Shown here: piece after piece, positions 9,203 through 19,208 of the stretch
Layout of the letters: every line of letters begins with the position of its first letter
Position numbering within the stretch: position 1 is the first letter of the stretch
Source: a virus
Taxonomy: Duplodnaviria > Caudoviricetes
Reading direction: 5' to 3' (one strand)
DNA: 64,000 bases
IMG/VR virus record: IMGVR_UViG_2740892367_000002
Coordinates: 31,864 to 95,863 of that record
Made by a program: the position numbers and the translations under genes
The notes under the pieces: generated by a model
What the model was told of the DNA's origin: nothing
Seen by the model: the letters and a program-made list of their open reading frames with translations, nothing else
The model's database searches: none

Positions 9203-9886
9203 TTATGCGAACAGTGGTGTTTGTTCTTGCTCTGCCCTAAGGCGATCACAAGCCCTATCGAAATATGTCGGGTCGATCTCTACGCCGACGAACGGTAAGC
9301 CGTGGCGCGCTGCGGCGATTCCAGTGGTACCGCTTCCCATGAACGGGTCGAAGACCACGGTACCGGCAGGCAACTTGCATTGCGCGATAACCCAATACAT
9401 CAGTGCTACAGGCTTCTGGGTAGGATGGACGCGCACACCGCCACGGCTCACGTTCTCCTCCCCGGCGCGCACCATGCCGCGCCACTTGTGCGAATAGAGC
9501 CGGGCCGGGCCGCGCAAATTGGTCCACGCCAATTCACAGTCGGCTTGGTGGTCGCTGGTGCTGCCATCGCGCTTGTCCCACACCAGCCAACTTGATGCGT
9601 CTGGTAGACGGCTGCCGAAGTGATTGCCGCCGAACAGCACAACAGTTTGAAAGTCGAGGAACGGCGCCGGGTCAAATGGCTTGTCATCGCCCACGATGGA
9701 GAAGTCATATTCCACGGTTCTGCGGCTCATGTTCCATTTGTTCCGCGAACTACCCGTCAGCTTTGCCAGGTTGATGCCGTAGGGTGGATCGGCAATCAGC
9801 GCGTGGCTTCGCGGTGTCTCCGCCAGCAGTTCGCGGCAATCCCCACAGTACAGCGTCGCGGTACCGATTTGCTCCATGCGTATCAC
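9203..9886 (-). CDS. DNA amino-methyltransferase (N6-A/N4-C, beta class)
   Basis: DPPY motif precedes HPTQKP and DPFMGSGTTG; GTG start coupled to upstream stop. Confidence 0.9.
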   Translation of the reverse strand: MIRMEQIGTATLYCGDCRELLAETPRSHALIADPPYGINLAKLTGSSRNKWNMSRRTVEYDFSIVGDDKPFDPAPFLDFQTVVLFGGNHFGSRLPDASSWLVWDKRDGSTSDHQADCELAWTNLRGPARLYSHKWRGMVRAGEENVSRGGVRVHPTQKPVALMYWVIAQCKLPAGTVVFDPFMGSGTTGIAAARHGLPFVGVEIDPTYFDRACDRLRAEQEQTPLFA

Positions 9887-10812
9887 GCTGCGTCTCCCCT
9901 CTCTGGATTCGGGGCGGCGGCGAGCGGCGTGATCAGGAATTTCCCGGAGCTGACGCGGAAGCCTTCGTCCATTAGGAATGTCCACGTCCCTTCATCAAAG
10001 TTCGCCGTTGCGCTGACGCCGATGAACGATTCATCTGGCACCGCCGCACCCGGCGCGTCATGGCCGGCAGGCGAGGCGGCGAGGTTCGCCAGCACCGCAC
10101 TGATGCACGATGGGGCGATGCCGATTAGTTTCCTGTCATCCGTATGCGCCCAATGCGGGATCTGGTAACGGAAATGTGCAAATAGACGACGCAAGCGGGC
10201 CGCGAGGAATTCGATTTCTCCCGCGTCCAGCGTCATCGCCTCCCCCTGCGCTTGCTGCGCTGCTGGGGCGGTGTATAGCGTGCGCCGCCAAGATGGGCCA
10301 AGCCGCTCGTATTCGCTCTTGGTCACGTCGTGCCAGCTATCTTGGTACAGGCGCTGATACACCGGCTCCGCCGCACCGCGCATCTTGGAGCCAATACCCC
10401 AGAACTCGGCAAGCCAATGCCCGGACGGCGGGACATTCTCGTTCTGCTGGCCCAACGCGATAGCGCCACGGATAGCGTCGATACAGTCCTTGAAGCCATT
10501 CGAGCGTGCATCCGCAGCCGCCCCGCGCATCTGCGCAAGCTCGGCGGAGAGGGAGCGGGCGTAGGCGATCAGGTCAGGGAACGCCTGATGCATCGCCACC
10601 GCGAAGGCAGCGTTTGCGTCGCGCTGCGCCTCATCGGTGCTGTCAGTGCCACAGAACATGGCGATTTGTTGCTGCGCACTACCGTTCGTGAACGTCAGAA
10701 CAGGTCCGCCCAATACGACGGCGCCGATACGTCCGCCTTTCACCACCCAGTCTTTCGTGGTGGCGGCATGCATGCGCTCCAGCGCATCCAGGTCAATCAG
10801 GGTGTTAGGCAT
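9883..10812 (-). CDS. Mosaic Ead/Ea22-like early protein
   Basis: IDLDALE...DANAAFAVA...PDLI N-terminal module; coupled to neighbours. Confidence 0.5.
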   Translation of the reverse strand: MPNTLIDLDALERMHAATTKDWVVKGGRIGAVVLGGPVLTFTNGSAQQQIAMFCGTDSTDEAQRDANAAFAVAMHQAFPDLIAYARSLSAELAQMRGAAADARSNGFKDCIDAIRGAIALGQQNENVPPSGHWLAEFWGIGSKMRGAAEPVYQRLYQDSWHDVTKSEYERLGPSWRRTLYTAPAAQQAQGEAMTLDAGEIEFLAARLRRLFAHFRYQIPHWAHTDDRKLIGIAPSCISAVLANLAASPAGHDAPGAAVPDESFIGVSATANFDEGTWTFLMDEGFRVSSGKFLITPLAAAPNPERGDAA

Positions 10813-11686
10813 TGCTTTCCTCGGCAATTTCGGCTTGCACAATCGCGGACTTCTCGCAGCCGACACACATCGGCCGGAACATATCGGTCTGGTTCGGGTT
10901 GTGGCCGCCGGCAGGAGGACGTCCCTCCCATCCCCACGTGAACCCACATTGCAGGACGCGCTGTTGCAGCTTGTCGATGCGCTCCCCGAACGAAGGATCA
11001 ACGGCCCGCCATCTTGCAAGTTCTCCAGGATGTGCAAAAGCGCCGCAGCCGCACTCGCCGCTCATACCCAGCTCTTTGGTAACTGGGTTCTCAGGCATCC
11101 CGCTCGTAGCGTTATAGGCATCCCGTTGTTGTTTGGTCCACCAGTACAGCGGATTTATCCAAACTTGGGCGCCGACCTTGTTAATTTCGCGACCTGCATA
11201 GCCCATTCGGATCAGGCTTTCATCGTGGCGGATACCGGATGCGATCAGCACCTTTGCGCTGCGCGGATGGCCTTTCTTCGCACGGCGGACCAGTTCCCGG
11301 ACGCAACGCTCTTTCAGGCGCGCGTACATCATCTGGTGTCCATCCGGGCCTGGGAACCCGAACTCCGCACAGAGATCGTCATAACTCTGGCCGCAATCCT
11401 CCAGTGCCCGAATCTCGTGCAAATTCCACCCATATATTTTGCAAGTGTCGCGCACGCTCTGGCGAGTCCGCTCGATGCCGATACCCGTATTTGCATGGAA
11501 TGGCTCGCATCCCGGAACGTTATTCATCATCCAGTGCGCCACAGCCCGGCTATCGTTCCCGCCAGAGAACCCCACATAGATGGCGACGGGCTTGTATTGC
11601 TCGATAGCCCGGCGCACGATTTCCATCGGGGAAAGGATGCTGCTCTTGCTAGACGTGAGGCTGAAGATGTCGCTCAGATCCATCAC
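10805..11686 (-). CDS. PAPS-reductase-family (PP-loop) protein
   Basis: FSGGNDS PP-loop, NTG, GIRHDES..R, SGECGC and CVGC Cys clusters. Confidence 0.85.
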   Translation of the reverse strand: MMDLSDIFSLTSSKSSILSPMEIVRRAIEQYKPVAIYVGFSGGNDSRAVAHWMMNNVPGCEPFHANTGIGIERTRQSVRDTCKIYGWNLHEIRALEDCGQSYDDLCAEFGFPGPDGHQMMYARLKERCVRELVRRAKKGHPRSAKVLIASGIRHDESLIRMGYAGREINKVGAQVWINPLYWWTKQQRDAYNATSGMPENPVTKELGMSGECGCGAFAHPGELARWRAVDPSFGERIDKLQQRVLQCGFTWGWEGRPPAGGHNPNQTDMFRPMCVGCEKSAIVQAEIAEESNA

Positions 11687-12297
11687 GCCCCCTCCCCACC
11701 GTCGCGTGCCTGTTGCGACTGCTCGCGGGACATGGCGGTGATGCTGGCCTGAACGTCGCGGTCAAGTCGCAGCGGGATCACGCCTTCCTCGGGATACTCG
11801 GTGTACCAGGCGAACAGGCCAGGGCCGGAATCGTTGCCGTCGTCATCGATGGAGCCACTCAGGCGACCGATGCACATCTCAGTGTCCATCTGTTCATGGT
11901 CGCGGTCGATTTCCGGCATGACATCAGGTGCCGCCAGTTCAAGGACGTCCAGCAGTTCCTTGGCGGAGACGCATAAGACGCTCGACGCCACCGCATCGGC
12001 CTGCACCTGCTGCGACTGTTCGCTTGGCTGCGGCTGGCGGGCGGCGAGTTTCTCCCACCACGCCGCATTAAATGCGTGCATCGCTTCTGCTGGCGAATCA
12101 CCGAACCCCGCTACACCATCCTGCAAGTTGTCGCCGTAGAGCGCGCACCACTGATTCCCGTCAATAAAGAGAGCCGGTCGATATAGGGCGCTCGGGAGTT
12201 CGCCTTGCGCTGCCGCTGCCTGCCATGCTGCTCCGGCCATCGTTGCGGCGTGCGCAATAGCATTTGCTGCCATGCCTTGGTATTCATCGTTAAGCAT
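11683..12297 (-). CDS. Hypothetical early protein with HicB-like N-terminal module
   Basis: DGNQWCALYGDNLQDGVAGFGDSPAEAM pattern. Confidence 0.5.
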   Translation of the reverse strand: MLNDEYQGMAANAIAHAATMAGAAWQAAAAQGELPSALYRPALFIDGNQWCALYGDNLQDGVAGFGDSPAEAMHAFNAAWWEKLAARQPQPSEQSQQVQADAVASSVLCVSAKELLDVLELAAPDVMPEIDRDHEQMDTEMCIGRLSGSIDDDGNDSGPGLFAWYTEYPEEGVIPLRLDRDVQASITAMSREQSQQARDGGEGA

Positions 12298-13231
12298 TGC
12301 TGTTTCCCTCCCCAGCGGTCTGCGGTTGCTGGGCGGTGCGACCCGGTACACAGTCAAAGCAATATTCATCATTGGGCCTGCCGCACTTGGGACAAATGCC
12401 CGCCTCGCGCTCATCCTGCTGCGCCGATGCAGCATCATTGGATGCTGGCAGGTCAAAATCAGCCGTTGCTGCCGTCTTCGGACGGTTGGCGAATCGCGCA
12501 TTCATAGCAGCACGTTGACGGTCTTCGATTTCATCGCGCGTCGATGCTGACGGCACAGATGCAGTTGCCTCTAGCACATACCGCAGCATTTCTTCTGCTT
12601 CTAGTGCGCTGAGCAAGTTCGTGCCAGTGCGTCCGGGCTTACCCGGCATACCATCGGGATAAACGCTCGCAGGAACGGGCCACGCGAGGAAGCGATTGAC
12701 CAGCGCCTTGATGTCCGCCCCCGCGCCCACTTCCCCAGGCTGGCGAGGGGCGGCGGACAGGTCGGCACAAATCTTCGGTTCTGCGGCCAGCGCCTTAACA
12801 ACGGCGCGCAAGTGGCCCTTGATAGAAGTTGCAGGCGTTTCATCCCAAGTCCGGCAGGCTACGGCCATCATGTGGCTGTGCAAATTTTTTGCCTGCTGCT
12901 CGGTCAGCGAAACATCACGGGCACGAATCCCTTCCTTGCGAACTTGCGCAACGATGTCGCAGAGGCTGGCTTGTTTTGCGGCGGCATCACCATTCAGCAG
13001 CACATCGAGTTCGCGCACCATACGTTGATGGTCTGCAAACGCAGTCTCATAGTCGTCCACCGTCAGCCCATCCCCCGCCCCTTGCTTGGCGAGGGCGGCG
13101 CGGTAGCCTTCCCATGCGCTGTCTCGCTTGCATTCCAGCGATGCTTCGTGCGTGAACCAGTGCTGGAATTCCTTCCACTGACGGTTTTCGGCTTCCCGCT
13201 CATCGCCAGCCGGGGTGTGTTGGTCGGTCAT
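12290..13231 (-). CDS. Hypothetical mosaic early protein with C-terminal Zn ribbon
   Basis: Coupled ORF in the leftward operon; CPKC..CFDC. Confidence 0.6.
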   Translation of the reverse strand: MTDQHTPAGDEREAENRQWKEFQHWFTHEASLECKRDSAWEGYRAALAKQGAGDGLTVDDYETAFADHQRMVRELDVLLNGDAAAKQASLCDIVAQVRKEGIRARDVSLTEQQAKNLHSHMMAVACRTWDETPATSIKGHLRAVVKALAAEPKICADLSAAPRQPGEVGAGADIKALVNRFLAWPVPASVYPDGMPGKPGRTGTNLLSALEAEEMLRYVLEATASVPSASTRDEIEDRQRAAMNARFANRPKTAATADFDLPASNDAASAQQDEREAGICPKCGRPNDEYCFDCVPGRTAQQPQTAGEGNSNA

Positions 13232-13353
13232 TCTTTCGGATCCTCTTCATAGTTGGCCATCCACTTCTGGAGGCGGTAGTTCGCATACAGGCCAACGGCC
13301 AGGAAGATCGCGCCGGCGGTGGCAAGAACGACGAGAGCAGCGGTGCTGGTCAT
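13228..13353 (-). CDS. 41-aa single-TM protein (not in ORF track)
   Basis: [41 protein letters not shown]; ATGA overlaps at both ends. Confidence 0.65.
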   Translation of the reverse strand: MTSTAALVVLATAGAIFLAVGLYANYRLQKWMANYEEDPKE

Positions 13354-13940
13354 GGTGCGGTCTGATGTGTTGTGGTACCGATCCACGCAGCAGCAGGGTC
13401 GCGGCGGACCAGCTCTCCCGACTTCATCTGCTTGCGCACGCGGACCTTAGCGGCCCACGCATCGATCCGCTCGGGCTCTTTCTTGCGCAGCTTCTTCATG
13501 TACCGGCGCTTGCGCTCTGTGGCGGTCAGCGCGCGCGGCTTGTGTGCGTCCCTGCCATTGCCCAGCGCCCATACGCGCACCGGTAGGCATCGCGTCGTGT
13601 GACGCACATAGCCACTGATGAACACCAGGCGGCCGTGCCGGTTCTTCAGCAGCCCCGCCACGGTCGAATGCTTCAGGCCAGTGGCGTCCGCGAGCGCTTT
13701 CGCCGTGGCCGGGGCCTTTTGCAGTTGCGCACTAATCAGCCGCCACGAAAGGACGTCATCGAACGGTTGAGGGATGCGCCGCTGCGGTAGGCCAAGAACC
13801 CTGCGCGCGTGCTCATAGACCGTGAAGTGCTGGCGGTTTGGGAAGTGGCTGGCAATCACGTCCATCTTCACGTCGGAGGCCCATAGTTCGCGCAGCAGCG
13901 CATCTTCCTCGGGCGTCCATTTGTTCCACTTGCGGGTCAT
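13350..13940 (-). CDS. DNA-binding protein (Myb/SANT-like N-terminus plus HTH)
   Basis: [14 protein letters not shown]; [16 protein letters not shown]. Confidence 0.6.
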   Translation of the reverse strand: MTRKWNKWTPEEDALLRELWASDVKMDVIASHFPNRQHFTVYEHARRVLGLPQRRIPQPFDDVLSWRLISAQLQKAPATAKALADATGLKHSTVAGLLKNRHGRLVFISGYVRHTTRCLPVRVWALGNGRDAHKPRALTATERKRRYMKKLRKKEPERIDAWAAKVRVRKQMKSGELVRRDPAAAWIGTTTHQTAP

Positions 13941-15097
13941 GCCGGCACCTCACCAGGCAATGCGGCCCTGAGCACCGCACGGTTGCCGCTGCTGTCCATC
14001 GAGGTCACAACGCCGCGGGACTCCATCGTCTCGAGCAAGCGCGCTGCGCGGTTGTATCCGATGCGAAGGTGACGCTGCACGTAGGAGATCGATGGGCGCT
14101 TGCAGGCCATGACGACTTCAACGGCTTGCTCATAGAGCGGATCGGCCTCGCCATCCGGAGCAGCGTCGGCGTCCGCGCGTTCGATCAGATCGCCAGCTTC
14201 GGCTGCGCTGCGCTCGCCGCCCAGCGCCTGCACCAGATCAGCGAGCATCCCAGCCAGTTCGCCAGCCATCAGCATAAAGTCGGCATCGAACCGCTCGTCT
14301 GCGTCGTGGATGGAGGCATCGGCCGATTCCTTGATGACATCCAGCGGCGCTACGCGCTTGATCGTCAGGGAGTCGGTCAGCACGAGCGATACCCGGTCAT
14401 TCCAGGTCATGGCGAGGCGCGTGCAGCGCTTGCCGGCGGCAATATGCTTGGCCACGTCCGCGGTATCCGGTGCCTGCTTGGCAATGCGGATGGATGCGCG
14501 GCTCTCGCCCAAGGATTCCAGCGTGGTGTCGTCATCCACGGTGAAGCCCGCTGGCGCGGTATCGGTGGCCAGCCACTCCGTCATGGCGGCGACGGGCGAG
14601 AGATTCACGTAAAGCTGGTGCGCCGGCAGCCCATCGACCGCCTTGAACAGCATTCCCATGATGGCGTCGCGCTTCGCGGCCGCCGCAGCATCGACCACCA
14701 GCCAACCGTTTCGCGTGTCGAACCAGGCATGGGTCAGGGTCTTGATGCTGAATGCCTTTGGGAGCAGTTCCTCGATCAGCTGTTCCTTGAGCTCGCGCAT
14801 CTGCTTCCGGCCCGGCTTGAAGCCTTGCTGCTCTTCGAGCTCGGCGGCGCGGGCCTTGGTGGCGTCGCGGACGACAGACGAGGGCAGCAGTTTCCTCTCC
14901 GTCTGCAGGGCGATTAGGAGATTGCCGCCCACCTCATGCACAAGGCCCGTACCGTCGCGCGGCGCGGCGAAGCCTTGAGTCTCCGCCTCGAGGCTGGTGC
15001 AGGGGATGAAGGCATGCTTCTGGAGTGCGGCGGCCAGATCGGCGGCGCTCAGCGTGAAGTTCGGGAGTCGATAAATCGACAGGTTCTTGAACCACAT
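13937..15097 (-). CDS. rdgC: RdgC recombination-associated protein fused to a C-terminal FtsK-gamma domain
   Basis: [11 protein letters not shown] start, [10 protein letters not shown] end of RdgC; then [36 protein letters not shown]. Confidence 0.9.
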   Translation of the reverse strand: MWFKNLSIYRLPNFTLSAADLAAALQKHAFIPCTSLEAETQGFAAPRDGTGLVHEVGGNLLIALQTERKLLPSSVVRDATKARAAELEEQQGFKPGRKQMRELKEQLIEELLPKAFSIKTLTHAWFDTRNGWLVVDAAAAAKRDAIMGMLFKAVDGLPAHQLYVNLSPVAAMTEWLATDTAPAGFTVDDDTTLESLGESRASIRIAKQAPDTADVAKHIAAGKRCTRLAMTWNDRVSLVLTDSLTIKRVAPLDVIKESADASIHDADERFDADFMLMAGELAGMLADLVQALGGERSAAEAGDLIERADADAAPDGEADPLYEQAVEVVMACKRPSISYVQRHLRIGYNRAARLLETMESRGVVTSMDSSGNRAVLRAALPGEVPA

Positions 15098-15119
15098 ACG
15101 GGATATCCTCGATTGGGTT

Positions 15120-15755
15120 TCAGGCGGCCAGCTTGCGCAGCTCGGCCACGTTGCTCTCTACGAGCTGGTCAAATTCCAGAAGGTCTTCGACCATGGCGTC
15201 GATGTAGTCGTCATCCCGCTTGATGCGCCAGCGGAAGAAGTCCTTGCCGATGGCTTTCAGGGCGGGGCAGTAGATCCCGAAATCCCAGTAGCGGCGGCCG
15301 GACAGCCAGAGGTTTCCTTGGACCTGGTCCATGTACTTCGCTAGGTCGTGACCGATGAGTGTCGTGCGCAGCTCGGCGGGCGAGATGAGGCACTTGTACT
15401 CGGCACCGCCGTCGGCGCCGATCCAGCCGTCCGCGCTGGCACCGAACTTGCCGTCATCGGAAAGCACCATGCCGACGGGCTGCACGTACACTCCGATATC
15501 AGCCTGGTGGGCGACGCGCGCGTCCGCTTCCAGTTCGCTGCCGCGGCGCATTTGCCAAGTCTCATGGCCGCCGTCCAACGGTTCTCCGCTCAATATCTCG
15601 ATTGCCAAACGGAAGGCATAGTCCAGAGCGGCGTCAGTGCGCTCGTTGCTGTTCTTCTTGCGAGAGCGGGCGACACGGAACATGCTGGCGGTACAAACGC
15701 CCGCGCGGCTGGCGATCCAGGTTGCATCGCCTTGGATGCAGGTGACGATCTTCAC
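15120..15755 (-). CDS. YqaJ/lambda-exonuclease-family recombination nuclease
   Basis: QG..W..R.G..TAS, RG.ELE, GASADG, EYKC, QVQG.LW. Confidence 0.85.
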   Translation of the reverse strand: MKIVTCIQGDATWIASRAGVCTASMFRVARSRKKNSNERTDAALDYAFRLAIEILSGEPLDGGHETWQMRRGSELEADARVAHQADIGVYVQPVGMVLSDDGKFGASADGWIGADGGAEYKCLISPAELRTTLIGHDLAKYMDQVQGNLWLSGRRYWDFGIYCPALKAIGKDFFRWRIKRDDDYIDAMVEDLLEFDQLVESNVAELRKLAA

Positions 15756-16426
15756 GCGGCCTCCCGCAGTTCTTGAGTCCGCTGGTTGTAGTAGTCGGCG
15801 TACTTGGCCTTTTCTTCCTTGCTCAGACCGGACATGACTTTGCTAAGCGCGCCGATGGTGGTGGCATCACGCATCTCCGGATGCACGAGCGCATTGATCG
15901 GCGCGGTACCGGCCTCGCCATCGCCGGGCGCTTGGCCGTCTTCATCCAGATCATCATCGGCGGCTACGCCCAGCATCGAGCCCACGACGTAGCGGCGCAG
16001 ATAGGTCACGTAGGCGCCGAAGTCCTTGATTTCGCCCTCGCGTCCGCGCGGCACGTCCAACAGCGATTCCATGCGGGCGCCTGACTTGTGGCCCAGGATG
16101 GTGCGCAGGTGGATGCCACCGGTCGGCTTGTTGGTTACCAACTGCGTCAGCGCAAATCCGTTTGTAGCCAGTGCCGGAGTGGTCTTCGTGCGAATCTCTT
16201 CCAGGTCGGCGTAGCGGAAAGAGTAAGGGGCCTTCTCCTTCGGGCGGATGGTCACCGCGCGGTTCTTCACCAGCGGCTCGAATGCGCCCTGTGCTGAAGC
16301 GAGGGCGCCAAAAAACTCGCCGAGTCCGCCATCCCCGCCGGGGGCGGGGATTAGGTTGATGTCGATCGATTGCATCGTCAGGTCGTTCACGATGAAGTCG
16401 CGGCCGTGGATTTCCTGATCGCTCAC
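15752..16426 (-). CDS. erf: ERF-family single-strand annealing protein
   Basis: YADLEEI..H.SG..G...TY.RRY....LG...DDD.D. Confidence 0.85.
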   Translation of the reverse strand: MSDQEIHGRDFIVNDLTMQSIDINLIPAPGGDGGLGEFFGALASAQGAFEPLVKNRAVTIRPKEKAPYSFRYADLEEIRTKTTPALATNGFALTQLVTNKPTGGIHLRTILGHKSGARMESLLDVPRGREGEIKDFGAYVTYLRRYVVGSMLGVAADDDLDEDGQAPGDGEAGTAPINALVHPEMRDATTIGALSKVMSGLSKEEKAKYADYYNQRTQELREAA

Positions 16427-17661
16427 GCTTGGCTCCCGGTGGCGGCATTGATGGCGACGTCGATGCGGTCGGCGAGATCGCCGACCGGCACATGTGCGCG
16501 GGCTTCGGTAAGCAGAGAGAGCAGGGTGCCAGCCTGTGCGCGCACGCGCGCGGCGGCAGCTTCGGCGGCTTCCTGCTCGCGACGGCGGGCCTCGGCTTCG
16601 TCGCGCTGGCGCTTTTCCTCGTCGGCACGTGCCTCAGCCTGCCGGCGCCCTTCGGCCTCGCGCTCCGCGGCTTCCTTGGCTTCCTGCTCTTCGCGGACCT
16701 TGCGAGCGGCCGCCTCTGCGGCTTCCTGCTCGCGGCGAGCCTTGTCCGCGCGGAGTTGCGCCAGTTCCTCGGCATCGCGCGCGGCGTCCAGCATGGTGTT
16801 CAGGTTGCCCAGCGCGGCTTCGATCGCAGCGCCGGCATCGGCCTGGAACTCGCCGAAGTCGTCGGCAGCTTCCCGTGCCAGCGCATCGATACGCTGCTGG
16901 ATCTGCTTCACACCCAGGCCAATGCAGGTGTTCGGAGCCATCTCGATCGCGCGGATACGGTCCTTGATGCCTTCGACGCGCTGGCGCTCGGCATCGGCTT
17001 TTTCCTCTTCGGCGCGGCGGGCGGCGGCTTCAGCTTCCTGCTGCGCCTTCATGGCCGCCAGTTCCTCACGCGCCTTGGCATTGTCCAGATGGGCGCGCAG
17101 TGTGGTCAGGGCTGTGTCGACGGCTTCCTTGGCCTGGTCGGCGTATTCCTCCCAGTCGTGCGCGCCTAGGTATTCCGGAGATTCCAAGTCGTGAATGGCG
17201 GCCGCCACGTCTGTGGACGGCGCCGATAGGTAGTCGCGCGGCAGCATGGCGATTGCAATCAGGCAAGCCTGATGGGCGCTGACGCGTGCGGATTCGGCCT
17301 TAGCCTTGGCGATGCGCTCTTCTTCCTTGCGGCGCTCGTCAGCCTTGATCTGGTCGTAGACAGGCGTCTCCACCTTCTCGACTTCGCTGATGATGTAGTC
17401 GCGCTTCTCCCGGGCCTGTTTCTGGATAGCCATGACCGGCCGGTTCCAGTTGGTGTAGGCCTCCTGTGCCGCCGTGCGGGTGCTGACGCAGCGTTGCACG
17501 AACTCACGTGCAGCCTTGTTGCCTTCCTTCGTGGCCACGTCGAAGGCTTCCTTGCTGGCGTCGCGCAGTTCAGCCAGGCCGGCTTCGATTGCGTCGTACT
17601 TCAGGACCGCGACAGACGTTTCCGGGACGGCGTCTAGAACTACGGTTTCAGGTGTTTCCAT
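16423..17661 (-). CDS. Long Ala/Glu/Arg-rich coiled-coil protein
   Basis: 412-aa helical ORF just upstream of erf. Confidence 0.65.
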   Translation of the reverse strand: METPETVVLDAVPETSVAVLKYDAIEAGLAELRDASKEAFDVATKEGNKAAREFVQRCVSTRTAAQEAYTNWNRPVMAIQKQAREKRDYIISEVEKVETPVYDQIKADERRKEEERIAKAKAESARVSAHQACLIAIAMLPRDYLSAPSTDVAAAIHDLESPEYLGAHDWEEYADQAKEAVDTALTTLRAHLDNAKAREELAAMKAQQEAEAAARRAEEEKADAERQRVEGIKDRIRAIEMAPNTCIGLGVKQIQQRIDALAREAADDFGEFQADAGAAIEAALGNLNTMLDAARDAEELAQLRADKARREQEAAEAAARKVREEQEAKEAAEREAEGRRQAEARADEEKRQRDEAEARRREQEAAEAAAARVRAQAGTLLSLLTEARAHVPVGDLADRIDVAINAATGSQA

Positions 17662-17671
17662 GATGGTCGGC

Positions 17672-17806
17672 TCAGATGGAAGTGACTTTGATCTTGGTGG
17701 CGCCTTTCTCCAGCGCCTGGATGACGACGTCGACGCTGCACTGAGCGACGGCGATGTATTCGGTCTTGTTGTCGATGACCACTCGGAACTTGCGAAGCGA
17801 CGGCAT
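17672..17806 (-). CDS. 44-aa hypothetical protein (not in ORF track)
   Basis: AGGAG RBS; MPSLRKFRVVIDNKTEYIAVAQCSVDVVIQALEKGATKIKVTSI. Confidence 0.55.
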   Translation of the reverse strand: MPSLRKFRVVIDNKTEYIAVAQCSVDVVIQALEKGATKIKVTSI

Positions 17807-17816
17807 GGCGGGCTCC

Positions 17817-17948
17817 TTACGGATGGATGAACAGCGAGCCGCTTTCATCGACAGCGGCGTAGAGCAGCACGATGGCGAGGGCCAGTAGGGTGCCGAACCA
17901 CAAGGGATGCCGGCGTTCGAACTCGTAGATGAATTGCCAGCCCTTCAT
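17817..17948 (-). CDS. 43-aa single-TM protein (not in ORF track)
   Basis: MKGWQFIYEFERRHPLWFGTLLALAIVLLYAAVDESGSLFIHP; ATGA overlap with upstream gene. Confidence 0.55.
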   Translation of the reverse strand: MKGWQFIYEFERRHPLWFGTLLALAIVLLYAAVDESGSLFIHP

Positions 17949-18232
17949 GCCGTCACCCCGAAAGCGAAGCGGCGCTCTTCGCGCTGGCGATCTGCTGCTT
18001 CGCAGGCCGCGGCGGCTTCGTTGTCAAGGTGGGCTTCCAGAGCCAGACCGCCGATCTCGTCCAGGTCGTGCAGATGCGTGACATCAACGCCGCTATCGGT
18101 GACGGTGTCCACCTCGAAGTGTTCGTCCTCGCCCGGCTGCTCGAGCGTGGCGTCATACCCACGACGGTAGGTGCCAGACACCTTCATGGCTGTGCCGTTG
18201 TGATTGATCGCTACGGTGGTCATGGTGGTCAC
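17945..18232 (-). CDS. Hypothetical acidic early protein
   Basis: Coupled ORF in the leftward operon. Confidence 0.6.
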   Translation of the reverse strand: MTTMTTVAINHNGTAMKVSGTYRRGYDATLEQPGEDEHFEVDTVTDSGVDVTHLHDLDEIGGLALEAHLDNEAAAACEAADRQREERRFAFGVTA

Positions 18233-18597
18233 ACCCCGTAATAGCGAACTTCGAGGACGTGCTCACCCGTGGCCGGATTGAGGCGAGGGCGGCCGATGGA
18301 AGGGCTGCGCTGGTTGTCGATCTTGGCGAACAGCGCACGGGCGCGTTCCTGCAGCGCCACCAGATCACGGCAGCGCAGGGTGTGCACTCCACCACTGCCA
18401 TTCGGGCGATGGCTCTCGCGGACCGGGTTGGACGGGCACACGCCGGGCTGCGTCAGTAATTCAGCCCGGAGCGAGTTGTATAGCGCGAGCTGCTGCGCCT
18501 GGCCCAGCGGCTGACCGTCGCCGATAGACAAGAAGGTGATCAACGCTGCTGTGCGCGTTTCTGGCTTGATCCTGCTGACGATCTCGGCTGGGGACAT
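18229..18597 (-). CDS. Hypothetical protein, first gene of the leftward early operon
   Basis: GGAG RBS; downstream of the OL/pL region. Confidence 0.6.
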   Translation of the reverse strand: MSPAEIVSRIKPETRTAALITFLSIGDGQPLGQAQQLALYNSLRAELLTQPGVCPSNPVRESHRPNGSGGVHTLRCRDLVALQERARALFAKIDNQRSPSIGRPRLNPATGEHVLEVRYYGV

Positions 18598-18654
18598 GCT
18601 TCACTCCATCGGTTGGCCGCTGCCTGCTCGGTGCTGGTGCGGTGTTGATGGAAT

Positions 18655-18700
18655 GAATTTTTACACAACAAAAACGTGTAATGCAACAAAAAGTTGTTTT
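18655..18700 (-). promoter_or_regulatory. pL/OL: leftward promoter with two repressor operators
   Basis: ACAACAAAAACGTGT (18665-18679) and GCAACAAAAAGTTGT (18683-18697) match the OR operators; TTGCAT -35 on the minus strand. Confidence 0.7.
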
Positions 18701-18756
18701 TTGTTTCGAGGTTACGAATGCGGCACAGCGGTACAGGGTTCACGTGAATGGCGCCG

Positions 18757-19059
18757 TCAGCCGGAATTCTCAGCCAGGCGCACCGAAAAAGTCAGATGCC
18801 CGATCGCATCTGCCATCAGTTGGACAGCCAGCAGAGGGTCGGCTGAGCCGAGCCTTGTGGTTGCGTCCACCATTGCTTCGATCGCGGCGGATGGATCTTC
18901 TGCGTAGATGCCGGTGATCTTCGCTTTATAGGAGCCATCTGGCTGATGCTGGAGTCTGATTTGATCTTCGATCAGGCCGTCTGGCGGCCGCGTTCTGAGA
19001 CACCCCTCAGCCTGCTCGCGCCCTTCCCGAAAGGCGGCCAGGTCAATTACCGAATTCAT
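18757..19059 (-). CDS. Hypothetical protein (100 aa)
   Basis: MNSVIDLAAFRE start with AGAAG RBS. Confidence 0.55.
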   Translation of the reverse strand: MNSVIDLAAFREGREQAEGCLRTRPPDGLIEDQIRLQHQPDGSYKAKITGIYAEDPSAAIEAMVDATTRLGSADPLLAVQLMADAIGHLTFSVRLAENSG

Positions 19060-19208
19060 GCTTCTTCTATTTTTTGGCACAGACAATCCGTGCCTTTCAA
19101 GAGCATTTCGGCGGGGTCGGGCGTAGTGGGGAACCCTACAAACGTGGGAGTCAGGTTTGCCTGAAGCCTGGCGGCAGAGCTGCCTGCCGGCGAGGGCGCA
19201 GTACCTGG

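Noticed and set aside
10805-11686. Dnd phosphorothioation system or cysH sulfate-assimilation operon
   Set aside because: Only a lone PP-loop protein is present; no dnd/ssp or cys partner genes
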